Assembly (NCBI GenBank): GCA_965217775.1
Contig: CBDCJH010000002.1
Span: forward strand, 4,192,001 to 4,256,000
Length of the DNA stretch: 64,000 bases
Origin: Acidobacteriota bacterium
GTDB lineage: Bacteria; Acidobacteriota; UBA6911; RPQK01; JAJDTT01
Direction of reading: 5' to 3'
Of this stretch, positions 19,764 to 28,823 are shown one piece after another. The notes under the pieces were generated by a model. That model was not told where the DNA came from. It saw nothing but the letters and a program-made list of their open reading frames with translations, and did no database searches. Position 1 is the stretch's first letter. Every line of letters begins with the position of its first letter. The position numbers were made by a program, and so were the translations under genes.

Positions 19764-21431
19764 CTGAGGCTCACGAAATGGGTCCCCGCGGCAGCACTGT
19801 TCCTGACCTGTGTCGCTGGTCACGCGGGAGAGCTCACCCTTGACAGCCCGTGGCAAGAGTCGTCACGGCATTCGACAGTCCGTGTTCCCAGAACGTCTCC
19901 GGCCCCTACCAGCCCGTGGCAAAAGTCATCACGGCATTCGACCGTCCCTGCATCCCGGCGGACGGCGTTGCGATTCGGGCACATACTCCCGGTATGCACC
20001 CGAATCGCGCCTTGTCCGGCGGGCGCAGGAACGGTCTCGGTGCTCGCGGGACTTTCACCACGGACTGCTACCGGCACGGTAGCGGTGACTACTGGCAACG
20101 TCGAGAAACGCAGCCGGCCGGTCGAAATGGTGGTGGCGCCCGCGGGCACAGCGGACAACATCCTGATCATCACAGTCGACAACCTCGGCTATGGCGACCT
20201 GAGAAGCTACAACCCGGACTCCCCCATGATCACCCCCAGCCTCGACAGGCTGGCCTCCCAGGGTGTCCGGTTGACCGGTTTCTACACGGCTTCCCCCACC
20301 TGCACCGTTTCCCGCGCCTCGCTCCTGACCGGACGGGTCCCCCAGCGCCATGGCCTGACCGAGCAGTTGTCCGGCGTCGCCGGAAATTACGGCGTCGGAT
20401 TGAGCCAGAACGAAATCATGCTCCCGCAACTCCTGAAGCGGGCGCCGGATCCCTACGCCACCGGTTGCTTCGGCAAGTGGAACATCGGCTTCGCCCCCGG
20501 CTCGCGGCCCACCGAACGCGGATTCGACGAATTCATCGGCCATGCCTCCGGGAACATCGATTACTACCGCCACAACTACCGCCAGATGCACGACCTCTAC
20601 GAGGGCGCCCGCAAGCTCGACGGCAAGGGGCGCTACGCCACCGGCCTGTTCGGAGACGCGGCGATCGACTTCATGCGGAGGAAGTCCAAGGCCTCGCAGC
20701 CCTGGTTCTGCTACCTGGCGTTCAACGCGCCCCATTTCCCGGTGGCGGGAAACAAGCGTCCGGGACAGGCCAATACCTGGCAGGCGCCGGACTGGGCCTT
20801 CGAGGCTTGCGGATCGAGTCCTGACGATCCCGACCCGGCCACCCGGTATCGAGCCGTGGTGTTCGCCCTCGACCACGCCATCGGGCGCGTCCTGGAGGCG
20901 CTGGAGGAGACGGGAGCGGCGAATCGCACCTTCGTGTTCTTCATGTCGGACAACGGCGCCTTCCGGCTCGGGCGCCAGGGACTGGACGTGGGCGTCAACA
21001 CGCCTCTGCGCCAGGGCGGCGTGACCTGCTGGGAAGGCGGCCTGCGGGTGGCGGCGATGGCTCGCTGGCCGGGCCGGATCGAGGCGGGCGCCGTCGTCTC
21101 GGAGCCGCTCTGGTCGCCCGACCTGCTGACGGCCTGCGCCAGGATCGCAGGTGCCGCTCTGCCGGGAGGGGTCCGATTGGACGGCAGGGACCCCCTTCCG
21201 GTCCTCACCGGGGGAGCAAGATCGCCGCACGAGTCATTCTATTTCGAGTACCGGAGCCACGCCGCCCTGCGCCAAGGGGATTGGAAGATCGTGCGCGAGC
21301 GGCCGGAACAGCCCTGGCAGTTGTTCGATCTGGCCGGAGACCTGCCCGAATCCAACGACCTGGCGGAGCGGTACCCCGGCCGAGTCGCCGAGCTCGAAGC
21401 CGAAATCCGGCGCTGGAATAATTCCTTCTGA
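19764..21431 (+). CDS. Formylglycine-dependent sulfatase carrying an in-frame MITE insertion near the N-terminus
   Basis: ILIITVDNLGYGD, TPSLDRLA..G, CTVSRASLLTG, GKWNIG, NAPH, SDNG, EGGLRV; frame open back to 19761 where CTG-RLTKWVPAAALFLTCVAGHA resembles a signal peptide after GGAG; start uncertain. Confidence 0.75.
   Translation: MRLTKWVPAAALFLTCVAGHAGELTLDSPWQESSRHSTVRVPRTSPAPTSPWQKSSRHSTVPASRRTALRFGHILPVCTRIAPCPAGAGTVSVLAGLSPRTATGTVAVTTGNVEKRSRPVEMVVAPAGTADNILIITVDNLGYGDLRSYNPDSPMITPSLDRLASQGVRLTGFYTASPTCTVSRASLLTGRVPQRHGLTEQLSGVAGNYGVGLSQNEIMLPQLLKRAPDPYATGCFGKWNIGFAPGSRPTERGFDEFIGHASGNIDYYRHNYRQMHDLYEGARKLDGKGRYATGLFGDAAIDFMRRKSKASQPWFCYLAFNAPHFPVAGNKRPGQANTWQAPDWAFEACGSSPDDPDPATRYRAVVFALDHAIGRVLEALEETGAANRTFVFFMSDNGAFRLGRQGLDVGVNTPLRQGGVTCWEGGLRVAAMARWPGRIEAGAVVSEPLWSPDLLTACARIAGAALPGGVRLDGRDPLPVLTGGARSPHESFYFEYRSHAALRQGDWKIVRERPEQPWQLFDLAGDLPESNDLAERYPGRVAELEAEIRRWNNSF
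19844..19884 (+). mobile_element. Degenerate remnant of MITE family A ends
   Basis: CAGCCCGTGGCAAGAGTCGTCACGGCATTCGAC matches the element's left end, followed by CAGTCCGTG (right end, reverse complement). Confidence 0.65.
19910..20067 (+). mobile_element. 158-bp MITE-like element, family A, copy 2
   Basis: Identical to 66-223; CTAC direct repeat at 19906-19909 and 20068-20071. Confidence 0.9.
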
Positions 21432-21698
21432 CCCCGGTTCAAGGGTCACCCGGGACCTCGTTCGGAAACCTCATGGACGAAGCGGGCGAACCCGGCGCTT
21501 CCGCTTGCGGGTTCCCGTCTGCGGCGGGATCGTCTGCTCGCCTTGTCCGGTCCCAGGAGCGGCCATACAATCAAAAGCAATGCATGAGGCCGCCCGCCGC
21601 CGGCATGCATTCGCTCCCACGGCCGGGATGCTGAAGGCATTTCAAGTCGGAGACCGGATCCTGTCCGAACGTCTTCCACACCATTGGAGGTACGAACC

Positions 21699-23297
21699 AT
21701 GAGTCCCAGACGGAGCCGTCCCGCGTGGGTTGCGATCCTCTCGACCCTGGTCCTGGCCCCACTGCTGCCGGGTCAGGCCGGACCCGTTCCTCAGGAGCCG
21801 GTCGAGATCGGAACCACTCCCCAGTTCTTCATCGACGACTACATCGTCGACAATCGATGGGCCCTGAATTACCGGCGCGAGTCGCCCGAGATGGTCCTGC
21901 GGGTCTTCCACCCCATGCAGAAGTATCCGGAAAATCCCCTGATCGACATGGGCAAGGACGGTCCCAGTTGGCCCTCGGTCCTGCGAGATCCGGACACCGG
22001 CCGGTTCCGCCTCTGGTATCAGGCCAACCTCCTGGTCGACAACCCCAAGCCCGGCGCCGGCGGGGTCTACCGGGTGGGGATCGCGTACGGCGAATCGGAC
22101 GACGGCATCCACTGGCGCCTGCCGAACCTGAGCCTACTGCACGGCCCCCATCCGGGGTCGGTGAAGAGGGACGTCTGGAAGGGAAGCAAGGAGAACAACT
22201 TCGTCTGGCGGGGCGTCTCCCGGCGCCGGGGCACCGGGGCCTACGTCCCGGACACCACCCAGATTCCGCCGGAGGCCCGCCGGGGTTACAAGTACGTCAT
22301 GTTCAATCTGGATCTCGACGGGGGGCACCTGGTCGGCTCCCACGACGGCATCCACTGGGACCCCTCCAGCGACGTCCGGCTGTTCACCATGCACAGCGAC
22401 TTCCCCAACTCCGTCATCTACGATCCCGACCGGAAGGAATTCGTCCTCTACTGCCGCGCCAAGCACATCTACCGCGCCGGACAGAAAGGGGGCGTTCTCA
22501 ACACCGGAGCCTCTCGCCGCATCGCCCGCATGGCCAGCAAGGAACTCTGGACCGAGTGGAGGTCCGAGCCCCAGACCATCCTGATCCCCGACGAGCTGGA
22601 CAATCGCGAAGGCTTCAACTTCTTCTACAACATGACCGCCTACCGTCACGCCGATATCTACTGGGCCTTTCTGGGTCCCTTCAAGTGGAACACCGAAATC
22701 CGCTCGGAGCTGGCCTTCAGCCGGGACAGCATCCACTTTCAGCGCCTGCCCAGCCGTCCCCAGGTCCTTCCGTTGGGAACGGAGGGGAGCTGGGACAGCG
22801 ACATGATCTTCCCCGCCTACCAGTGGGTGGAGGTGGGCGAGGAATGGTGGATGTACTACTCCGGTTGGAACGGACCCCACGGCGTGCGGGAGAACTTGGA
22901 GAAGGGGATCTGGCGCACCGGCGGCATCGGCCTGGCCACCATTCGCAAGGAGGGCTTCATCTCCATGCGGGGACCGGAAAACGGCGGTGTCATCGCGACG
23001 CGGAAGATCCGTTGGCCCGGCGGCCGGCTCTTCATCAACGCCGACGCTCGAGGAGGCGAGCTGAGGGTCCGCGTGAGCGACTCCAGGCGCAAGCCGTACC
23101 CCGGTATGGATTACCGGGACTGTGCTCCCTTCAGCGGGGACGAAGTCTCCCACGAGGTGAGCTGGAAGCACCGTTCCATCGAGTCGCTCGCCAACCAGAT
23201 CGTCCGGCTCGAGTTCCTCCTCACCAGGGCAGACCTCTACACTTTCCGGGCCGGCGGCGGGTCCACGGGGAAGAATCCCATCTCCAGCCAGGATTGA
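21699..23297 (+). CDS. Exported GH-like beta-propeller protein, paralog 5
   Basis: GGAGG RBS, signal peptide, QFFIDD, YPENP, ELAFSRD, GSWD, IRKEGFIS, LYTFRA. Confidence 0.8.
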   Translation: MSPRRSRPAWVAILSTLVLAPLLPGQAGPVPQEPVEIGTTPQFFIDDYIVDNRWALNYRRESPEMVLRVFHPMQKYPENPLIDMGKDGPSWPSVLRDPDTGRFRLWYQANLLVDNPKPGAGGVYRVGIAYGESDDGIHWRLPNLSLLHGPHPGSVKRDVWKGSKENNFVWRGVSRRRGTGAYVPDTTQIPPEARRGYKYVMFNLDLDGGHLVGSHDGIHWDPSSDVRLFTMHSDFPNSVIYDPDRKEFVLYCRAKHIYRAGQKGGVLNTGASRRIARMASKELWTEWRSEPQTILIPDELDNREGFNFFYNMTAYRHADIYWAFLGPFKWNTEIRSELAFSRDSIHFQRLPSRPQVLPLGTEGSWDSDMIFPAYQWVEVGEEWWMYYSGWNGPHGVRENLEKGIWRTGGIGLATIRKEGFISMRGPENGGVIATRKIRWPGGRLFINADARGGELRVRVSDSRRKPYPGMDYRDCAPFSGDEVSHEVSWKHRSIESLANQIVRLEFLLTRADLYTFRAGGGSTGKNPISSQD

Positions 23298-23401
23298 GGG
23301 GACAAGGCACCCTCTTAACGCTGTCCTGGGATCCCGAGTACGGGCGCCACGACGATCTCGCCATTGTGGACAACCCGCAAGGAAAACAAACTCTCCCAAT
23401 T

Positions 23402-23430
23402 TTGACAACGACTAGCTTCTATGCTAGCAA
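23402..23430 (+). promoter_or_regulatory. Putative sigma70 promoter with an operator-like palindrome upstream of the TonB-dependent receptor
   Basis: TTGACA (23402-07), 17-bp spacer, TGcTAGCAA; palindrome CTAGC-N6-GCTAG at 23412-23427; AT-rich context. Confidence 0.45.
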
Positions 23431-23547
23431 GGTTGTAATCAATTAGCCTTTCGGAATGTTCTTCTGAGGCTTGTCGAATTGTTTTTCTCTCCTATTGTTC
23501 AGACGAGCGCGTCACCGCTCGGTCCGGTTCCGCTCCCGGAGGTGTCT

Positions 23548-26500
23548 ATGAGCATCGATCGTTTCACGACTGCACGACCTGATTTCCGGCCCGGCGCTCT
23601 GGGAATTCTGGTTCCGATCCTGCTGGCGTTGGCTTTGGCGGCCCCGCCGGCCTACGGACAGAGCACCACATTCTCCCAATTGGGGGGGTCGGTGCGAGAT
23701 CAGACCGGAAGCGTGATTCCGGGCGTCGAGATCACGGCGTCCATCACTGAGATCGGTCTGGAACGGACCACCATCACCAACGATCACGGCTACTACGTGA
23801 TCGACAAGCTACCCGCCGACGTGTACGAGGTGAAGGCGTCTCTTCCGGGATTCAAGACCCAGTTGGCCCCCAACGTGGAGCTTCGCGGCGGACAAAAAGG
23901 CCGCGTGGACTTTCTCATGGAGCCGGGAGAGATCGTGGAGAGCATCACGGTCGTCGATGCCATCGCGACCATCGAGACCGAGACTCCGGACATGAGTTCC
24001 ACGCTACGCCAGAGGGAGATGCTGGATCTTCCCTTCTCCGGCAACACGGGCCGCGACCTGATCCACTTGGCGGAGTTGGCCACGGGGGCGGTGACGGTGC
24101 GCTTCGCCCAGGATTCCCGCTTCGTCCGCGACGGTGGCGGACTCCCTGCCGTCAACGGCCTGCGACCGGACGCCAGCAGCGAGATTCAGTACGACGGGGC
24201 CCGAAATCAGACCCTCTACGACCAGAAGGCGGCCGTCAAACCGACGCCGGAAACGGTGAAGGAGTTCAAGGTCGTCACCAACACGGTTTCGGCCGAGTAC
24301 GGCAAGGTGGGCGGCACCGTGGTGAGCATGGTCAGCAACAGCGGCACCAACGAGTTCCACGGCCACATCTGGGAGTACTTCCAGAACGAGGGCATGAACG
24401 CCAACGGCTTCTTCGCCAACCGTTCGGGGCTGGGCAAGCTGCCTTTCACCTCCCACAACACGGGAGCGGCGGTCGGGGGACCCATCATCAAGGACAAGAC
24501 GTTCTTTTATTCCGCCTACGAATTGTTCTACAACGATTTCGCGGTTCCGGGAGAAATGGAGGTCCCCTCGCTGGCCGAGCGGCAGGGGGACTTCAGTCTG
24601 GGAGACGGCCCCTGGGGAATGCAGACCATCTACGACCCCTTCAACGTGGTGGACGGGCAACGGCAGCCCTTCCCGGGCAATCGGATTCCCCAGGACCGCA
24701 TTCATCCCATCTCCAGACGGGTGATGGATCTGGTCCCCTTTCCCGAGCCCAACAGCTCGGAAATACCGAACTACAACTACCAGCACGCCACGAAGCGGAA
24801 GATCAACAAGTTCTCGACCCGCGTCGACCACAACTTCGAGAGCGATTCCAGCATCTTCGGCCGCTTCTCCTTTCAGACGGATCCCGCCGTATCCCACGGT
24901 GGAGCACAGAACTTCTATGGGGGCGGAAATTTCTCCAGCTATACCGGCCGGGGACGAGTGGGAGTCCCGGGAATGCTCAACGGCGTTTACGAGTCCAGTT
25001 CCACCAACGACAACGGGTGGCAGACCATGGGCGGCTGGGTGAAGCCCTTCGGCGCCCGAGTGGTCAACGAGCTGAGCGTCAGTGGCTGGTGGTTTCGAGG
25101 TCACCGCTTTACCGAGGACGAGACCAACTGGGTGCAGGAATTCGGTTATGACATCGCCGATCAGGTCAAGCTGGTCGCCGAGGACGGTGGAAGAGGTCCT
25201 GGTGGTCTGCCTGATATTCGGATTGAAGGTTACGGACGGATCAATGGTGAAACCGACGGGCGGCGCCAGGATCGGGGCCTCAACCTGAAGGACACCCTGG
25301 CTTGGCAGGAGGGAAACCACTATCTCAAGTTCGGATTCGAGCATATCCGCTACTACGACAACCAGTTGCGATGGGTCCCGTCCGGAAGCGCCAGTAACCG
25401 CTTCAACGGTTACATCACGGGTCAGATCCTCCAGGACGGGGCCGGCAACGTCACGGGTTCGACCCGCGGGCAGCCCTTCGCCGACTTCCTGCTGGGGGCC
25501 TCCTCCAGTGTCAGCGCCAACATCCTGGGAGGCGGAGGCTATGGAACCGGCAGCATCCGCGGCATCGACACCATGTCGTTCTATGCCTTCTTTCTCCAGG
25601 ATGACTGGAAGGTCAGTCCCGACCTGACCGTCAACTTGGGGGTGCGCTGGGAAATTCCCCTTCCAGCCACCTGGTTCAGGGACAAGACCACCTGCTTTTT
25701 CGACCTCTCGGGAGGCCGGTACGGCGCCGTCCAGATGGTGCCGAAGGGATTTCCCGTCGATGCCGACATCGTCACCGGTGGCGACCGTTCCCTGCTGGTG
25801 ATCCCCCACGTGGAGCGCGGCAGCAGAGCCTGCGTGGATCCCCACTACAAGGACTTCGCTCCCAGAATCGGCATCGCCTGGCGCATGTTCGGAACCAACC
25901 GGACGGTGCTGAGGTTGGGCGTCGGAACCTCCTTCGATCAGGTGATCGGCGCCTGGTACGGAGGCACGGGTTGGCTGGGGCATTACGCCGGCAGGGTCAG
26001 TGGCGTCCACCAGCGGGGCACCAACCCCGACCTTTTCCTGGGCACCTACAGGACGGTTCCCAGCGTAGCCGCATCCAAGATCCACCCACCCGGCTATCAG
26101 CATGACCCGTCCTCCTCCCAGACCGGCCAGATCTACAGCTACAATCTCTCGATCCAGCATGAGTTGATGCCGGGCACCAAGCTGGAGATCGCCTATGTGG
26201 GCAATCAGGGCCGGCACATGAGGTCCAGCCGAGGTTGGAACGTGGCCCAGCCCGAGGGGAAGGCGATGTTCCTGCAGACGGGCGAGCGCCTGGTGGCCAC
26301 GGGCTCACGGCAGGAACGCCGGCCCTATCCCCAGTTGGACGGAAACCTGACCACGTTCTTTGACGGCAGCAGCAACTACAACTCCCTGCAGATGAAGGTG
26401 GAGCGGAACCTGCGGAACGGTCTTTCCTTTTCCACCGGGTGGACCTGGGGCGCCGCCTTCATCACCAACACCCATGGGGCCTACTTCTCCGGCGTCCAGA

Positions 26501-27084
26501 ATGAGTTCGCCAGGCACGAGCTCAATGGCCGGCCGCGCTACAACCGGACCCACAGCCTCTACGCCACCCTGGTCTATGAGCTGCCCTTCTTCAGACAGGC
26601 CCAGGGTCTGACCAGAACTCTCCTGGGGGGTTGGGAGACCACGGGCATCGTCACTCTGGCCAGCGGCGCACCCTACGGCGTGCAGGTCAGCAGCGACCTG
26701 AACGATGTGGGGCGGCGCCGGTTGTTGCTTCCCAACCGGACCTGCAACGGGAACCTGAGTGAGAGTCAACGGACGGTGACCCGCTTCTACGACACCAGTT
26801 GCTTCCAGCCGGCGCCGCTCGGTGAATGGGGCAATTCAGCCATGTTCCCGCTGGTAGCGGACGACGTCCAGATGTTCGATATCGGTATCCACAAGAAGTT
26901 CGTGGTGGGAGAGGGGAAATCTTTCGACGTACGGGCCGAAATGTTCAACGCTTTCAACCACACGATCTTCGACACGCCGGGTGGAAAGGGTGGTCAGGAC
27001 TCGGTGGACCGCTCCGGCATCGGTCGAGTCTCAGGGGCCACCTCGGCGCGGCAGATCCAGATCAGCCTGCGGTTCTCCTTCTAG
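23548..27084 (+). CDS. Oar-like TonB-dependent receptor (carboxypeptidase-regulatory-like N-terminal domain)
   Basis: GGAGG RBS; G.V.DQTG.VIPG, EFKV.TN..SAEYG, SGTNEFHG, QDDWKV..LT.NLG.RWE, FAPRIG.AW, RAEMFNAFNH, RQIQISLRFSF. Confidence 0.92.
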   Translation: MSIDRFTTARPDFRPGALGILVPILLALALAAPPAYGQSTTFSQLGGSVRDQTGSVIPGVEITASITEIGLERTTITNDHGYYVIDKLPADVYEVKASLPGFKTQLAPNVELRGGQKGRVDFLMEPGEIVESITVVDAIATIETETPDMSSTLRQREMLDLPFSGNTGRDLIHLAELATGAVTVRFAQDSRFVRDGGGLPAVNGLRPDASSEIQYDGARNQTLYDQKAAVKPTPETVKEFKVVTNTVSAEYGKVGGTVVSMVSNSGTNEFHGHIWEYFQNEGMNANGFFANRSGLGKLPFTSHNTGAAVGGPIIKDKTFFYSAYELFYNDFAVPGEMEVPSLAERQGDFSLGDGPWGMQTIYDPFNVVDGQRQPFPGNRIPQDRIHPISRRVMDLVPFPEPNSSEIPNYNYQHATKRKINKFSTRVDHNFESDSSIFGRFSFQTDPAVSHGGAQNFYGGGNFSSYTGRGRVGVPGMLNGVYESSSTNDNGWQTMGGWVKPFGARVVNELSVSGWWFRGHRFTEDETNWVQEFGYDIADQVKLVAEDGGRGPGGLPDIRIEGYGRINGETDGRRQDRGLNLKDTLAWQEGNHYLKFGFEHIRYYDNQLRWVPSGSASNRFNGYITGQILQDGAGNVTGSTRGQPFADFLLGASSSVSANILGGGGYGTGSIRGIDTMSFYAFFLQDDWKVSPDLTVNLGVRWEIPLPATWFRDKTTCFFDLSGGRYGAVQMVPKGFPVDADIVTGGDRSLLVIPHVERGSRACVDPHYKDFAPRIGIAWRMFGTNRTVLRLGVGTSFDQVIGAWYGGTGWLGHYAGRVSGVHQRGTNPDLFLGTYRTVPSVAASKIHPPGYQHDPSSSQTGQIYSYNLSIQHELMPGTKLEIAYVGNQGRHMRSSRGWNVAQPEGKAMFLQTGERLVATGSRQERRPYPQLDGNLTTFFDGSSNYNSLQMKVERNLRNGLSFSTGWTWGAAFITNTHGAYFSGVQNEFARHELNGRPRYNRTHSLYATLVYELPFFRQAQGLTRTLLGGWETTGIVTLASGAPYGVQVSSDLNDVGRRRLLLPNRTCNGNLSESQRTVTRFYDTSCFQPAPLGEWGNSAMFPLVADDVQMFDIGIHKKFVVGEGKSFDVRAEMFNAFNHTIFDTPGGKGGQDSVDRSGIGRVSGATSARQIQISLRFSF

Positions 27085-27114
27085 CCCGACCGGGCCTCTG
27101 GCTGGTAATCCTCA

Positions 27115-27147
27115 AGGGGCCGCCATCCGGCGGCCCCTGTTTTTTTT
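27115..27147 (+). terminator. Rho-independent terminator
   Basis: Perfect 10-bp stem AGGGGCCGCC/GGCGGCCCCT, 4-nt loop, T8 tract, 30 bp after the TBDR stop. Confidence 0.85.
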
Positions 27148-27151
27148 GGCT

Positions 27152-27173
27152 CTAGGAGGCTGCGCGGTAGAAT
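27152..27173 (+). mobile_element. Solo terminal remnant of MITE family B
   Basis: CTAGGAGGCTGCGCGGTAGAA matches CTAGGAGTCTGCGCGGTAGAA (30152-30172) at 20/21 positions. Confidence 0.55.
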
Positions 27174-27179
27174 GTTCCG

Positions 27180-28823
27180 GTGAACTGGGCAGAGTTCCCT
27201 TTGTCGGCGCTGTTTGTCGCCTCGGCTTCCGCCTTGGCCTTCGGGGCCGACAGCGGCCGCCCTCCGTTCTTCGTCGACGTCAGCGAGAAGGCGCAACTGT
27301 CCTTCCTGCACGCGCCCAGGGCCGAGAGTGAGAGCTGGATGGCCAAGTTCATGGTCATCACCATGGGGTCCGGCGGGGGATTCTTCGACTACGACAACGA
27401 CGGCCGTCTCGATGTCTATCTGGTCAACGGGGTCGAACCCAATCGGCTCTTCCGGAACCGGGCCGACGGCAGTTTTGCCGATGTCACCGGCGAAGCGGGG
27501 GTGGGCGATACCTCGTATGGGATGGGGTGTGCGTTTGCGGACTATGACAACGACGGCTTTCAGGACATCTATGTCAGCAATCTGGGTCCCAATGTCCTCT
27601 ACCGCAACAACGGGGACGGCACTTTCAGCGACGTCAGCACCAGGGCCGGGGTGGGAGACCCGCTCTGGAGCACCAGCGTGGCCTTTGGCGACTACGACCG
27701 GGATGGGCACGTCGACCTCTATGTGTGCAACTATCTGAAGTTCTCCTTCGCCAGCCATCGCAACTGCTACTTCGGCGATATTCCCATCTACTGCTATCCC
27801 CACAGTTACGACGGCGTCCCCAACACGCTCTATCGCAATCGTGGTGACGGCACCTTCCGGGACGTCACGGCTCGAGCCGGCCTTCGGGAAGCCGCCGAGT
27901 TCAGCAAGGGGCTGGGCGTGATCTGGCTCGACTTCGACCGGGACGGCGACCTGGATCTGTTCGTGGCCAACGACACCACCGCCAATTACCTGTTCGAGAA
28001 CCAGGGAGACGGCACCTTCGAGGACGTTTCTCTGGTCTCCGGGACCTCTCTCAGCGCCATGGGAGTTGCTCAGTCGGGAATGGGCGTGGACGCCGCCGAT
28101 CTGGACGGCAAGGGGCGCTTTCACGTCATCGTGACCAACTATTCTCTCCAGAACAACGCCCTCTACTGGAACGAGGGCTTCGGACTCTTCAGCGATCGTA
28201 TCGTCCGGACCCGCCTCGCCGGACCCAGCTTCGTCCCGCTGGGTTTCGGCGTCAACTTCTTGGATTACGACAACGACGGCTTTCCGGATCTGTTCGTGGC
28301 CAACGGGCACGTCCTGGAGCAGGCGGGGACCGTCAATGCCAGCACCGGCTACCGGCAGCCGAACCAACTGTTTCGCAATGCCGGCGAAGGTCTCTTCGAA
28401 GAGGTCTCGTCTCGGGCCGGCGATTATTTCAAGGTCGAGAACGTCTCTCGCGGATCGGCCGTCGGAGATTTCAACAACGACGGGAGGCTGGATCTGCTGG
28501 TCTCCAACAACGGGGGCAAGGCGGATCTCCTGGAGAACAGGACCGGGTCCGAAAACAACTGGATCAAACTCAAGCTGGAGGGAACGCACTGCAACCGAAA
28601 CGCCATCGGGGCGAAGGTCTTCGTCGACGCGGGAGGGGTTCGACAGTTGCAGGAGGTCCGCGCGGGAAGCAGCTACCTGAGCCAGAGCGATCTCAGGATC
28701 CATTTCGGCCTGGGGAAGGCGACCCGGGTGGATTCGATTCGAGTCGACTGGCCCTGCGGCAAAAGGACCCGGATCCCCGCCCCGGGAATGCTGAACCGGA
28801 TTCTGGAGATTCGGGAAGAATGA
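27180..28823 (+). CDS. CRTAC1-family FG-GAP repeat protein with ASPIC/UnbV domain
   Basis: Multiple DYDNDG.LD motifs, LYRN.GDGTF.DV, C-terminal NRNAIGA.V...GSSYLSQ...HFGLG. Confidence 0.9.
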   Translation: MNWAEFPLSALFVASASALAFGADSGRPPFFVDVSEKAQLSFLHAPRAESESWMAKFMVITMGSGGGFFDYDNDGRLDVYLVNGVEPNRLFRNRADGSFADVTGEAGVGDTSYGMGCAFADYDNDGFQDIYVSNLGPNVLYRNNGDGTFSDVSTRAGVGDPLWSTSVAFGDYDRDGHVDLYVCNYLKFSFASHRNCYFGDIPIYCYPHSYDGVPNTLYRNRGDGTFRDVTARAGLREAAEFSKGLGVIWLDFDRDGDLDLFVANDTTANYLFENQGDGTFEDVSLVSGTSLSAMGVAQSGMGVDAADLDGKGRFHVIVTNYSLQNNALYWNEGFGLFSDRIVRTRLAGPSFVPLGFGVNFLDYDNDGFPDLFVANGHVLEQAGTVNASTGYRQPNQLFRNAGEGLFEEVSSRAGDYFKVENVSRGSAVGDFNNDGRLDLLVSNNGGKADLLENRTGSENNWIKLKLEGTHCNRNAIGAKVFVDAGGVRQLQEVRAGSSYLSQSDLRIHFGLGKATRVDSIRVDWPCGKRTRIPAPGMLNRILEIREE

